A stretch of 64,000 nt of DNA from Chthoniobacterales bacterium (GTDB lineage: Bacteria > Verrucomicrobiota > Verrucomicrobiia > Chthoniobacterales > UBA10450). The notes below the pieces were generated by a model. The model did not search any database, was not told the origin of the DNA, and was given only the letters and a program-made list of their open reading frames with translations. This document shows positions 1 through 9,464 of the stretch, one piece after another. Made by a program: the position numbers and the translations under genes. Position 1 is the first letter of the stretch. Each line of letters opens with the position of its first letter. The stretch spans positions 152,656-216,655 of the forward strand of contig JBBRYT010000001.1 of the NCBI GenBank assembly GCA_038237435.1, in the 5' to 3' direction.

Positions 1-324
1 GCGATGACCTTCCACTTCCCGCTCGTCGAAATGCAAACCGAACTCGATCAGTTCATTAATTCGCGCCGGGCCTTCCGTAATGATCGTGCGCGCCGCCGCT
101 TCGTCGCAGAGACCCGCGCCCGCTTCCAGCGTGTCGCGCAGATGCAGTTCGAATGAATCTTCACTGCTGGTCACGCATGCGATTCCGCCTTGCGCCCAGG
201 CCGTATTCGAGTCGGCGCCTTTGCGTTTCGTAATCACCGCCACCGAGCCGTGCTTCGCTGCTTTCAACGCAAAGGTCAGCCCCGCGATCCCACTGCCGAT
301 GACGACGAAATCGTATTCCTTCAT
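1..324 (-). CDS. nadB: L-aspartate oxidase, N-terminal part (gene runs off the window start)
   Basis: Minus-strand translation from ATG 324-322 reads MKEYDFVVIGSGIAGLTFALKAAKHGSVAVITKRKGADSNTAWAQGGIACVTSSEDSF. This shows the FAD-binding GSGxAG fold and the AQGGIA motif of NadB. It is absent from the ORF track because no stop lies in the window. ATGA overlap with the panC stop. Confidence 0.8.
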   Translation of the reverse strand, partial: MKEYDFVVIGSGIAGLTFALKAAKHGSVAVITKRKGADSNTAWAQGGIACVTSSEDSFELHLRDTLEAGAGLCDEAAARTIITEGPARINELIEFGLHFDEREVEGHR

Positions 325-1154
325 CGCAGGCGAATGTTGTCGATCAACCGTGTCTTGCCAAAAAAGACTGCGACGGCGAGAAGCGAACTTGGACTGACAG
401 TCTCGATCGGCTGCAAGTTTTCTGCATCGACAATTTCGACGTAATCGACCCGAGCCAATGACGCCGTTTCAATCTGCGCGCGCACTTGCCTAACGAGTGC
501 TGCCGTCGAAGTCTCACTGCTTTGCGCGGCCGCGAGCAAGGCGGCGCGCAACACCGGAGCCTGGTCTCGCTCCTCTTCATTCAGGTATTGATTGCGCGAA
601 CTGCACGCGAGCCCGTCTGCCTCGCGCACCGTTGGCACGCCGATGATCTCAATCGGAAAATCAAGGTCGCGCACGATGCGCCGGATGATCGCCAGTTGTT
701 GAAAATCTTTCTCGCCAAAGACCGCCGCCTCCGGCGCAAGGAGATGAAACAACTTCGCCACCACTGTGGTTACCCCGCGAAAATGTCCCGGACGCGATTT
801 ACCCTCCAGCAGTTGCGAAAGGGTTGTCTCCTCGACCAGGACGGAGCGATCAGCGAGATACATCTCGTTAGGCAAAGGTCGAAAAAGTAAATCGACCCCG
901 GCTTCGTGACATAACTTTTCATCTTCTTCGTTCGGCCGCGGATATTTTTCGAAGTCCGCGCCCGGTTCGAACTGCAGCGGGTTCACAAAAATGCTGACCG
1001 CTACTTCGCCATCAGCGCCCGCTGATTCGCGCGCGATTCGCACCAGCTCCATATGCCCGCGATGCAGTCCGCCCATCGTCGGCACTAGCACGCGTCGTTT
1101 CCCGCTTTGCCTAACGAATGCAAGCGCTCCTTCCGCGGTCTCGATGATTTTCAT
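321..1154 (-). CDS. panC: pantoate--beta-alanine ligase
   Basis: 277 aa with VPTMGGLHRGHMELVR (HxGH-type motif) and PanC-like length. Confidence 0.9.
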   Translation of the reverse strand: MKIIETAEGALAFVRQSGKRRVLVPTMGGLHRGHMELVRIARESAGADGEVAVSIFVNPLQFEPGADFEKYPRPNEEDEKLCHEAGVDLLFRPLPNEMYLADRSVLVEETTLSQLLEGKSRPGHFRGVTTVVAKLFHLLAPEAAVFGEKDFQQLAIIRRIVRDLDFPIEIIGVPTVREADGLACSSRNQYLNEEERDQAPVLRAALLAAAQSSETSTAALVRQVRAQIETASLARVDYVEIVDAENLQPIETVSPSSLLAVAVFFGKTRLIDNIRLR

Positions 1155-1843
1155 TCCAGCCAGATCGCCTGTCGCGCGAAACGAAATTTCCCCGCGCCAA
1201 AGTTGTCCCAGCCTGCGCGCCGCGCCAACTCAGACAGCTCATCGAAAGAAAAGGCGCGCACGGCCGAGGTGCGGCCATCGTTCCGCGTCATGGCATCATG
1301 AAAGATCAGCGCCGTTAACAAAAAAACTCCCACCGTGCATTCGATGCCACGTCGCAAATCCGACACCAGCACACAACCTCGCGATAAATCACGGCAACGG
1401 CGCAACAATTTTACCGCATCCTCCGCGCTGAAATGATGAAGAGCCAGGGTGCAGGTCACAATGTCGAATGGTTCTTCGCTTTGGAAAGTGAGCGCATCTG
1501 CCTGTTGAAAAATAATCTCCGGATAATCCGCGCTGAGCTCTCGCGCGACCTGCAAAGTAGTCGGCTGAAAATCCACCGCGACGATCTCGATCTGCGCTCC
1601 AATCGCACGCGCATGATCCGCGACCAAGCGCGGAATATCGCCGGAACCCGTCGCAAAATCGAGGATCCGCAGTTTGTCGCCGCGCCTGATCCAGCGGCGA
1701 AGGAAATGCCTAACGAGTCGATAACTGCCGAAATATTGATTTAGCCCGCGCAGACTGCGCAGGGCGTCTTTCAATTGCGCGGGCGTTGCGTCTGGCCGGT
1801 CCATTAACTCCGGCTCCGAAGCTGCGAACTGCCGCGCGCTCAT
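1151..1843 (-). CDS. class I SAM-dependent methyltransferase
   Basis: 230 aa. ILDFATGSGDIP glycine-rich SAM motif followed by acidic residue patterns. 4-nt overlap with panC. Confidence 0.75.
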   Translation of the reverse strand: MSARQFAASEPELMDRPDATPAQLKDALRSLRGLNQYFGSYRLVRHFLRRWIRRGDKLRILDFATGSGDIPRLVADHARAIGAQIEIVAVDFQPTTLQVARELSADYPEIIFQQADALTFQSEEPFDIVTCTLALHHFSAEDAVKLLRRCRDLSRGCVLVSDLRRGIECTVGVFLLTALIFHDAMTRNDGRTSAVRAFSFDELSELARRAGWDNFGAGKFRFARQAIWLE

Positions 1844-1851
1844 GCGGCTTG

Positions 1852-2577
1852 TTATTGCGCGAGAAATCGTTGCCAGGATTCCGGCAAGGGCGCCGACTCC
1901 ACGTCGCTCGCGATTCGACCTTCAAACTCCGGCACGAACGAAGTGCTAGTGCCGTAAACCATGATCAAATCTTCCGAGCCTTCCACGCGAAGGGCGTGCG
2001 CCACACCGGGCGGGATGATGATCCCAACATTGTTCGCGCTACGATGATTATCGCCATCGACCAGCAGCCGCATGGAACGCGACGGCATTCCCGCGCGCAG
2101 ATCGCGCAGGACCATTTCCGCCACGCCTTGCACGAAAAACATCATGTCCCACTGCTCGTCATCGTAACGGCGCAGGGAAAAGTTCTCCGGCTCCTTAACG
2201 AATAGTCGCTGAAACCATTCTTCCGGCTTGGATTCGTTAGGCACAAATGGCGGATGGATGTGAAAACCCTTCGCCGTCTGTGCAAACATTCGCGCCGCCG
2301 CCCATTGCTTCGGCCAAAAGCCGATCTTCCTGACGATGCCTTCATCGCGCCGCGCAAATTCACCGAACGATCCGCGATGGCGTTGTGGATAAATTGCGCG
2401 CGGAAAAATTTCCACGCCCGGAATCCAAACATCACTCATCCCTTTCGCGCTGCGATCGAGTTTGCCGGCTTCGATTCCAATTTCAGAAACCTGCTGCTTG
2501 AGATCAGCCTTCGCGTAATCGCGCGTCGTCAGCGCCGCTCGACCTTCCGCAGAGAGTCCATGCCACAATTCGCCCAT
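1852..2577 (-). CDS. RmlC-like cupin (sugar-nucleotide epimerase/isomerase-like)
   Basis: 241 aa. GFHIHPP ... FFVQGVAEMVLRDLR ... IIIPPGVAHAL resembles the dTDP-4-dehydrorhamnose 3,5-epimerase-type cupin core. Sits in a polysaccharide locus. Confidence 0.5.
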   Translation of the reverse strand: MGELWHGLSAEGRAALTTRDYAKADLKQQVSEIGIEAGKLDRSAKGMSDVWIPGVEIFPRAIYPQRHRGSFGEFARRDEGIVRKIGFWPKQWAAARMFAQTAKGFHIHPPFVPNESKPEEWFQRLFVKEPENFSLRRYDDEQWDMMFFVQGVAEMVLRDLRAGMPSRSMRLLVDGDNHRSANNVGIIIPPGVAHALRVEGSEDLIMVYGTSTSFVPEFEGRIASDVESAPLPESWQRFLAQ

Positions 2578-2579
2578 AG

Positions 2580-4601
2580 CTATTTGCCTAACGAGAAGTC
2601 GGCCGCGGCGCGAGAAAGACTCGGGTTATAATAGGGATCGCGCGCGATCACTTCGCTCCAACGTTCGCGAATGATATCGCTCTCTCTCGGCTCGGCGCTG
2701 CGATGGCGCGTGGCCGATTCGTGATGAATTAACTTCGCGAATGGCGTGTAGACGATGAGATAACCGGCGCGTCGCATTTTCAGGCAGAGATCAACATCGC
2801 TGAAGGTGACCGGCAATTGCGCTTCGTCAAAGCCGCCGACTTCATCGAAGACCTCGCGCCGCGTGAGCAGACAGGCGCCCGTGACCGCGCTGTAGTTGCG
2901 CGTCACCTGCAATTGCCGGCAAACACCTGGATCTTCCGCGCCGAAATTTTTGAACGCGTGCTGAGCGATTCCGCCAACGCCCATGACAACACCGGCGTGC
3001 TGCACGGTCTCATCGGGATAGAGCAAACGTGCGCCGACTGCGCCAACTTCCGGTCGCTGCACGTGCTCGACCATTGTGGTCAACCATTCGCTTTCGATAA
3101 TCTCGACATCGTTGTTCAGGAAAAGCAGCCAGGGCGAATCGGTTTGTTCCACCGCAAGATTATTCATCGCGGAAAAATTGAACGGACCTTCGTAGCGCAA
3201 GACTCGATGCGGCGTCTGCGCGAAATATTGGCGCGCTTCTTCCGTCGCGCTGTCGTTGTCCACGATAACTATTTCGAATTCACGATAGCTCGTCTTGGTG
3301 GTTAGCGTTTCGATACAACGCGACAAAAGCGAAACGCGATCACGCGTCGCGATGATAATGGAAATTTTGCGAGCGTGCTTGATCTCGCGCTTCACCCAAT
3401 AACAATGCGTCCGCCAATCGATCGCGACGTAGCCGGGTTCCCCGCGGCGCTGCAAATGTTCGTCGATCGCTTTTCGGCCCGCTTCCAGAGCGCGCGGTTT
3501 GCGACGAATATTGTCGGCGGTCGAAGTCGCGGTGCGCCTCCAGTGATAAAGCACGCGCGGGATGTGATGAATGCGCGGCGTCTTTTCGACCAGGCGCAGG
3601 AATAGATCGTAATCTTGCGATCCATCGAACTCAGATCGAAAACCGCTCACCTGCTCTAGTAGTGCGCGGCGAAAAACGGTGAAGTGACAGATATAGTTGT
3701 AGGAGAGAAAAAGATCCGGCGACCAATCCGGTTTCAAAAACGGCGCGTCCAATCCCGCATCAATGATCTTGTCTTCGTCGGAATAAATCAGATCGGCGTC
3801 GCGATGCGTTTGCAGCAATTTCACGGTCTGAAAAAGCGCATCCGGCTCGAGCGTGTCGTCGTGATCGAGAATTCCGATGAACTCGCCGATCGCCACCTTC
3901 AGTCCGTCGTTGGAGGCCGCAGAAATACCGCCATTGCTTTTGCGTCTCAGCAGTTTGATTCGCGGATCACCATTCGTTAGGCGATCAAACGCCGGCGGCT
4001 CGGTCGATGCATCATCGATTAGGATCAGTTCCCAATTTTGGTAAACCTGCGCGCGAGCCGATTCGATCGCCGCTTGCAACCACTCGTTAGGCGTATTGAA
4101 GACCGGCGTGATAATCGAAATTAGCGGCGTGTAGGAAAACTTCGCGATCAGTTCTTCCGGCTTCGCGCGATGACGCTCGAACCATTCCTGATATTCTGTC
4201 GCCGGCGAGACATCGCTCCTCGGCTTTTTCCCACGCCGTTTTTGTACTTCGCGAATCAACTTCTTCGGCAGCAGATAAGGCGCGAGCAGGACTTGGCCGA
4301 CTTTGCGCTCGGGCGATTTTCGCAGCGCCTGCTTCTCTTCTTTCAAGATCTTCAGCTGCTTCTTCGCTTCCTTCAGCTTAACGATTTTGTCTTCCAGCTT
4401 CGCGATGTGCCGATCGGCCGCCTCCAGTTCCGACATGCGTGTGCGCAGGGTGCGCTCGAGCCCGCGCAGGCGTTCATTCAGCCGCGCGATCTGTGCCTCG
4501 CTGGATTCGGAGTCTTGCAATACCGCGACATTATATTGATTAGTCGCGACGCGGCATGCTCGATTTCTGCGTCTATCTTTTATATCGCGCGGCGCTAGCA
4601 C
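2580..4601 (-). CDS. glycosyltransferase family 2 with two GT2 domains and an N-terminal coiled coil
   Basis: ISIITPVFNTPNEWL...LILIDDAST and ISIIIATRDR...IVIVDNDS are two GT-A DxD-type modules. The true start is probably downstream (TTG about 4520 or ATG 4436), because the longest ORF overlaps the divergent gene. Confidence 0.8.
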   Translation of the reverse strand: MLAPRDIKDRRRNRACRVATNQYNVAVLQDSESSEAQIARLNERLRGLERTLRTRMSELEAADRHIAKLEDKIVKLKEAKKQLKILKEEKQALRKSPERKVGQVLLAPYLLPKKLIREVQKRRGKKPRSDVSPATEYQEWFERHRAKPEELIAKFSYTPLISIITPVFNTPNEWLQAAIESARAQVYQNWELILIDDASTEPPAFDRLTNGDPRIKLLRRKSNGGISAASNDGLKVAIGEFIGILDHDDTLEPDALFQTVKLLQTHRDADLIYSDEDKIIDAGLDAPFLKPDWSPDLFLSYNYICHFTVFRRALLEQVSGFRSEFDGSQDYDLFLRLVEKTPRIHHIPRVLYHWRRTATSTADNIRRKPRALEAGRKAIDEHLQRRGEPGYVAIDWRTHCYWVKREIKHARKISIIIATRDRVSLLSRCIETLTTKTSYREFEIVIVDNDSATEEARQYFAQTPHRVLRYEGPFNFSAMNNLAVEQTDSPWLLFLNNDVEIIESEWLTTMVEHVQRPEVGAVGARLLYPDETVQHAGVVMGVGGIAQHAFKNFGAEDPGVCRQLQVTRNYSAVTGACLLTRREVFDEVGGFDEAQLPVTFSDVDLCLKMRRAGYLIVYTPFAKLIHHESATRHRSAEPRESDIIRERWSEVIARDPYYNPSLSRAAADFSLGK

Positions 4602-6421
4602 TCGTTAGCGCGATCCCTCTGCGTGCGCTCAATGGCATCGGTCAAACGCTCGGGTTTTTGCATTGGCTGATACTCGGAAAATATCGACGGCTCGCGCGGC
4701 ACAACCTTGCGATCGCATTCGCGCCGAAAAAATCGGACGCCGAATTGCACCGACTGACGCGCAAACATTTCCAACGACTCGGCGCCAATCTGCTTAGCAG
4801 CATGAAAGTCGGCGCGATGCCGCTGGAGAAAGTCGCGGAAGTGGTAGCGATCGAGAACGGCGACGTGATTCACAAGGAATTGCGCGCGGGGAACCCGGTC
4901 GTACTCGTGCTCAGCCACATGGGGAGCTGGGAGATTTTCCCGCAGGTTTTCATGAAACATTTCGGCTACGCGCCGATCGGGACCGTTTACCAGTCGTTAG
5001 GCAATCGCCACATCGACGCCGACGTGCAGCGAAAACGCGCGCGTGCTGGCGTGAAGTTGTTTGATCGCAAAGAAGGATTCCAGAAAACGATCGCGCACCT
5101 GCGCAGTGGCGGTTTGGTTGGGATTCTTTCCGATCAGCATGCGGGTGATCAGGGATTATGGACGCCGCTCTTCGGCCGGTTGGCTTCGACTACGCCGCTC
5201 GGTGGTTTACTAGCGAGGAGAACACACGCCGCAGTCGTAGCTGCCGCGGTTTACGAAAACGGCCCGGGGAAATGGCGGATGGTTTTTACGCCGCGCTTCG
5301 ACTCGTCAGGCGATTCCGTCGAGACCATCACCGCGAAAGCGAACAACGTCATTGCCGATCAAGTTCGCGTCGCGCCCGAAGATTGGTTCTGGGTGCACAA
5401 TCGCTGGAAAACGCCGAAGCCGAATTTCCTTCTGCGCGAATATAAGCGAGGGATGCATGTGCCCGAAGGCGTCGAGTTGAAACCGTTCCGCATTCTCATT
5501 CGCGGCTCGAATTGGCTAGGCGACAGCGTAATCAGCGCCGCGGCGGTGCGCGCGATCAAACGCGGCCGACCCGATGCGCATGTCACGATCGCGACGCCGG
5601 CTAACCTCGTGTCGGTTTGGAAATTGGTGCCGGAAGTTGATGAGGTCTTGTCGTTGCCTAACAAGTCGTTACTCGCGACCTCTCGCCTCTTGAAACGGCA
5701 AACGCCGTTCGACGTCGCCGTTCTTTTCCCAAATTCATTTCGCTCGGCAATGGAAGTTTGGCTCGCCGGAATTCCACGCCGTGTCGGTTATCGCGGGCAT
5801 TCTCGCTCGTGGCTGTTGAATCAGATTGTGCCCGAACCGGACGCGCGCGGCCCGATCAAGCATCAAGTGCATCGCTACCTTCATCTGGCGAAGGAACTCG
5901 GCGCGTCCGACGAATCGAAACCGCCTGTCGCGAGAAAAATTCCTAACAAGTCCTTGAAGATCGGCTTGTGTCCCGGCGCGGAATACGGTCCGGCCAAACG
6001 CTGGCTGCCGGAGCGCTTCGCAGAAGTGGCGACGGCAATCGATGGTCAATGGATTTTGTTCGGCACGGAAAAAGACGCGGAGATCGGAAAGACAATCGAG
6101 AACTCGTTAGGCGAAAAATGCGTCAATCGCATCGGCAAAACGACGCTCGAAGAGTTGATCAATGAGCTGCGCGAATGCCGCCTGCTCCTCACCAACGACA
6201 CCGGCACGATGCATCTCGCCACTTTGCTCGGTGTCCCGGTCGTCGCCGTTTTCGGTTCGACCGAAGATCGCCTGACTGGTCCGCTCGGCGCGGGTAATAT
6301 CGTAGTGCGTCATCACGTGGAATGCAGTCCGTGTTTCCTGCGCGAATGCCCGATCGATTTTCGCTGCATGAAAGCGGTCACGTCCGAAGAAGTTACCGCC
6401 GCGATTTTGCGCGTGTTATAG
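4556..6421 (+). CDS. fusion of an LpxL/HtrB-type lipid A late acyltransferase with a GT9 ADP-heptose:LPS heptosyltransferase (WaaF-like)
   Basis: N-terminal half has SHMGSWE (HX4E) and ILSDQHAG motifs of the lauroyl acyltransferase family. C-terminal half has ILIRGSNWLGDSV, GAEYGPAKRWLPERF and LLLTNDTGTMHLA, typical of GT9. Confidence 0.8.
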   Translation: MLDFCVYLLYRAALALVSAIPLRALNGIGQTLGFLHWLILGKYRRLARHNLAIAFAPKKSDAELHRLTRKHFQRLGANLLSSMKVGAMPLEKVAEVVAIENGDVIHKELRAGNPVVLVLSHMGSWEIFPQVFMKHFGYAPIGTVYQSLGNRHIDADVQRKRARAGVKLFDRKEGFQKTIAHLRSGGLVGILSDQHAGDQGLWTPLFGRLASTTPLGGLLARRTHAAVVAAAVYENGPGKWRMVFTPRFDSSGDSVETITAKANNVIADQVRVAPEDWFWVHNRWKTPKPNFLLREYKRGMHVPEGVELKPFRILIRGSNWLGDSVISAAAVRAIKRGRPDAHVTIATPANLVSVWKLVPEVDEVLSLPNKSLLATSRLLKRQTPFDVAVLFPNSFRSAMEVWLAGIPRRVGYRGHSRSWLLNQIVPEPDARGPIKHQVHRYLHLAKELGASDESKPPVARKIPNKSLKIGLCPGAEYGPAKRWLPERFAEVATAIDGQWILFGTEKDAEIGKTIENSLGEKCVNRIGKTTLEELINELRECRLLLTNDTGTMHLATLLGVPVVAVFGSTEDRLTGPLGAGNIVVRHHVECSPCFLRECPIDFRCMKAVTSEEVTAAILRVL

Positions 6422-6431
6422 ACTTGCCCCC

Positions 6432-6845
6432 GTGAACTCCGACGCGCCGCGCCAACGGACTGAAGTGCAGGTAATGTTTTTCGATACCGACTGCGCCGCG
6501 GTCGTGCACAACATCGCCTATCTGCGCTTCATCGAGACGAACCGCACTTTGCTCGCCGAAAAGCTCGGGCTGCCGCTCGTGCAGATGGGCGAAGAGAAAA
6601 AATATCCCGTCGTGGTACGGACGGAGATTGATTACCGCTGCGCGGCCAAACTCGGCGATCAACTCGTAGTCAATGGCTGGCTCGATCGGGTGGAGCGCGT
6701 GCGTTTTTGGTGCGCATTTCGCATCACGCGGTCGGGTGACGAATCACTCATCGCCGAGTGTCGGCAGACGCTGGCAATAATCGAAATGCCCTCGGCGAAA
6801 TTGTTGCGACTGCCGGAAAGCTGGGACAAATATCGCGCGGCCTAA
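6432..6845 (+). CDS. hotdog-fold acyl-CoA thioesterase (YbgC/4HBT-like)
   Basis: 137 aa. MFFDTDCAAVVHNIAYLRFIE matches the catalytic Asp context of 4HBT thioesterases. Confidence 0.75.
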   Translation: MNSDAPRQRTEVQVMFFDTDCAAVVHNIAYLRFIETNRTLLAEKLGLPLVQMGEEKKYPVVVRTEIDYRCAAKLGDQLVVNGWLDRVERVRFWCAFRITRSGDESLIAECRQTLAIIEMPSAKLLRLPESWDKYRAA

Positions 6846-6856
6846 ACGAGTAGTTT

Positions 6857-8473
6857 ATGGCTGCGGCCACTCGCACTTATTCGCTGCACGATACGTTGAT
6901 CGGGACGTCGGCTCTTCCACCGCCGCCGACACGACACGCGCTCTTTGTTTTTCTCATTGCGCTAGCGGCCATTCTTAATTTCGGTAGCGCGGGCTGGAGC
7001 GACATTCACGATGGCAGCGAAGGGATCTTTGCCAGCGACGCGCGTCAGTTGGCGCAGGGAAATGGCGCAGAAGTACCGCAACCGACGCTGCTGCATTGGC
7101 TGATCGTCGCTTCCCTCAAGATGTTTGGCGTTCGCGCGGCCTCGGCGCGATTTCCGATCGCGGCGGCGATGGTCTTTTCGATCGCGTTTACTTTTCTTAT
7201 CGGTGAACACATCGCCGGCTATTGGCGCGGATTTGCGGCGGGTCTCATTCATCTCTGTTGTTTGGGGACATTTGTTTGGGGACGAATCATCACGCCCGAA
7301 CCACTTTTCGCCGCCTTTCTCGGCGGCGCGATTTACTGCGCGGTTTGCGCGTATCAGCGTCAACGAACGAGGCGATGGTGGCTCTCGGGAGTTCTATTCT
7401 TTATCGCGCTCTGCTGGATCACCCGTGGTGCGATGGGTCTGATTTATCCGCTCATAATCCTTGGCTTGCTCGCGCTTTCTTTTCGGGAAGCCAGGATGCG
7501 TTTCAGCCAGATGCCGTGGTTGAGTGTGATTCTTTTCCTTGTCTTCGCGGCAGTCTGGATGATTTGGCTGAAGCGTTATCTGCACACGCCGTCGAACTAC
7601 TCGTTAGACCAAAATGGCCGCGTGCTCTGGCCGTTCTTGAAATGGCAGTTCGCGTGGGCATTTCCCGCAGCGATCCTGATTTTGCCGGGAGTTTGTTTCG
7701 CGTTAAGTAAAATCCTGCGGGCTTACGAATTCGATTTCGTTGATGCCGTTCCGCTCTACTGGATGGCGGTTGTATTTCTGCCGCTCCTCATTTTGCCGCA
7801 TCGACAAGACTACAATTCGATTCCGATGTGGGGCGGGTTCGCGCTTTGGGCGGCGTGCGCGTGGGATCGGATGCCGCGACGATTTCGCCTCATCGGTCTC
7901 GGGTTAACAGGTGCGGCTGGTCTGACGCTCGCACTTATTTCCGGCCACGATCTTTCGCATCTCATTCCGATTTCGGCCGGCCACGATTGGCGCTCAATTC
8001 TACTTCTCTCAGGATTGCCGCTCCTCGCGGCGGCGCTGCTAGCCGGTTATTTCGCCATGCAGGATCGCGAGACGCTCGCGCTCGCCATCGTCATACTCGC
8101 TGCTATCCCCATGGGTTTGAGCGCAGCGGAAAGTATGTCCCGCCTCGGCGCGGAATTTTCTCTGGCCAACGCGGCTCAATTCCTCGCGCCGCGACTGGAA
8201 GAGACCGGCGAAATCTTCTACGAAGGTTCCGCCTTCGATAGCAGTAGTCTCAGGTTTTATCTCGAGAAAAATATTTCGCTCATGACGAACGCCGAAACCG
8301 AAGTGAACGCGATGGAAAAAATGAGCGCGAATCATCCAGTCTTCCTCATCATTCACAAAGAGCGCGTGCCGTATTGGCAGGATCGATTAACCGAGCGGTT
8401 CCACATTTTTCACCAGGAAACCACCTGCGGACCGCACGTCGTGGTCGGGAATGATCTCCAGTTGAAAAACTGA
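6857..8473 (+). CDS. ArnT/PMT-like membrane glycosyltransferase (GT39/GT83-like)
   Basis: 538 aa polytopic membrane protein. The N-terminal periplasmic-loop acidic motif (WSDIHDGSEG) and many TM segments fit undecaprenyl-phosphate-sugar dependent GT-C enzymes. Confidence 0.6.
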   Translation: MAAATRTYSLHDTLIGTSALPPPPTRHALFVFLIALAAILNFGSAGWSDIHDGSEGIFASDARQLAQGNGAEVPQPTLLHWLIVASLKMFGVRAASARFPIAAAMVFSIAFTFLIGEHIAGYWRGFAAGLIHLCCLGTFVWGRIITPEPLFAAFLGGAIYCAVCAYQRQRTRRWWLSGVLFFIALCWITRGAMGLIYPLIILGLLALSFREARMRFSQMPWLSVILFLVFAAVWMIWLKRYLHTPSNYSLDQNGRVLWPFLKWQFAWAFPAAILILPGVCFALSKILRAYEFDFVDAVPLYWMAVVFLPLLILPHRQDYNSIPMWGGFALWAACAWDRMPRRFRLIGLGLTGAAGLTLALISGHDLSHLIPISAGHDWRSILLLSGLPLLAAALLAGYFAMQDRETLALAIVILAAIPMGLSAAESMSRLGAEFSLANAAQFLAPRLEETGEIFYEGSAFDSSSLRFYLEKNISLMTNAETEVNAMEKMSANHPVFLIIHKERVPYWQDRLTERFHIFHQETTCGPHVVVGNDLQLKN

Positions 8474-8516
8474 GCGGCACGTCTATGGTTCGCGCTCACT
8501 TTCGCACGGAGCATTT

Positions 8517-8672
8517 ATGTCACAGCATCGCAGTCTCAAAGGGGCCAGCACCATCACGGCCAAACGAAATGTTCTGAAGCGTTTCGAGCGCGTCGAGCTT
8601 TTGAAGAAGCGCGGGCAGTGGAAGGACGGCGGCAAAGTCATGGGCCTGCCCAAGACCAAGCCGGACGCCTAA
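8517..8672 (+). CDS. small basic protein (51 aa), below the ORF-track length cutoff
   Basis: ATG 8517 to TAA 8670-8672 encodes MSQHRSLKGASTITAKRNVLKRFERVELLKKRGQWKDGGKVMGLPKTKPDA. It resembles the small basic protein family I recall as conserved in PVC-group bacteria. It ends 3 nt before the rluB-like start. Confidence 0.55.
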   Translation: MSQHRSLKGASTITAKRNVLKRFERVELLKKRGQWKDGGKVMGLPKTKPDA

Positions 8673-8675
8673 TAC

Positions 8676-9464
8676 TTGCGCCTCAATCGCTATCTCGCGG
8701 CGGCCGGCGTCGGTTCGCGGCGGCATTGCGATGAATTAATCGCGGCCGGTCGGGTGACGATCAACGGTCGCGTCTGCACCGACTTCAGCACGCAGCCTAA
8801 CGAGACTGATCACGTCAAGGTTGGCAGCAAAATGGTCCGACGGGAACGCCGGCTCGACATCATGCTGCACAAACCGGCGGGATTTGTTTCGACTCGCACC
8901 GACCCGAACGCGCGCGATACGATTTTCGATTTGTTGCCGCCGCATTTCCCGCGGCTCTTCAACGTGGGCCGACTCGACGCGCAAAGCGAAGGGCTGTTAA
9001 TTCTGACGAACAACGGCGATCTCGCGCAGCAGCTAACGCATCCGCGTTTCAAGATCGACAAGGATTACGAAGTGACGCTCGACAAACCTTGGGATCCGGA
9101 AAACGCGCCGAAACTGCTCCGCGGCATCATGCTCGATGGGAAGCGCGCGAAGCTGGAGCGCATTCAACAACTGACGACGATCAAATTGCGCGTGATCTTG
9201 CGGCAGGGAATTAACCGGCAAATCCGCCGGATGTTTTACGATGTTGGCTACGAAGTGGAAAAACTGATCCGCACGCGCGTGGGAAATTTGCGCTTGGGAG
9301 ATTTGCCGCGCGGGCATTGGCGTCCCCTAACGACTGCTGAATTGCATTCGCTCTCTACTCCACCTCGGTCCGCAAAATCTCGAGGGGCGGAGTCGTCCCG
9401 ATCCCGCGGCTCGTCAGCAAACCGATCACGACCGTCAACCCGCTCACGGCCGCGACCGCAATAA
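8676..9464 (+). CDS. rluB: pseudouridine synthase, RsuA/RluB family, with an Arg/Ser/Pro-rich C-terminal tail
   Basis: TTG start. S4 domain (RLNRYLAAAGVGSRR) plus catalytic GRLDAQSEGLLILTN motif. Confidence 0.85.
   Translation: MRLNRYLAAAGVGSRRHCDELIAAGRVTINGRVCTDFSTQPNETDHVKVGSKMVRRERRLDIMLHKPAGFVSTRTDPNARDTIFDLLPPHFPRLFNVGRLDAQSEGLLILTNNGDLAQQLTHPRFKIDKDYEVTLDKPWDPENAPKLLRGIMLDGKRAKLERIQQLTTIKLRVILRQGINRQIRRMFYDVGYEVEKLIRTRVGNLRLGDLPRGHWRPLTTAELHSLSTPPRSAKSRGAESSRSRGSSANRSRPSTRSRPRPQ

Noticed and set aside
486-890. Many track ORFs begin MPNE... (for example 486, 1107, 9516, 11576-region internal), which could suggest a repeated protein N-terminus
   Set aside because: This is an artefact. 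TTG/CTG immediately before CCTAACGAG is taken as an alternative start, so the genomic word is translated as M-P-N-E. These ORFs overlap real genes on the other strand.
8520-8726. 68-aa minus-strand ORF
   Set aside because: The plus strand here encodes the conserved-looking 51-aa small basic protein and the start of the rluB-like gene.
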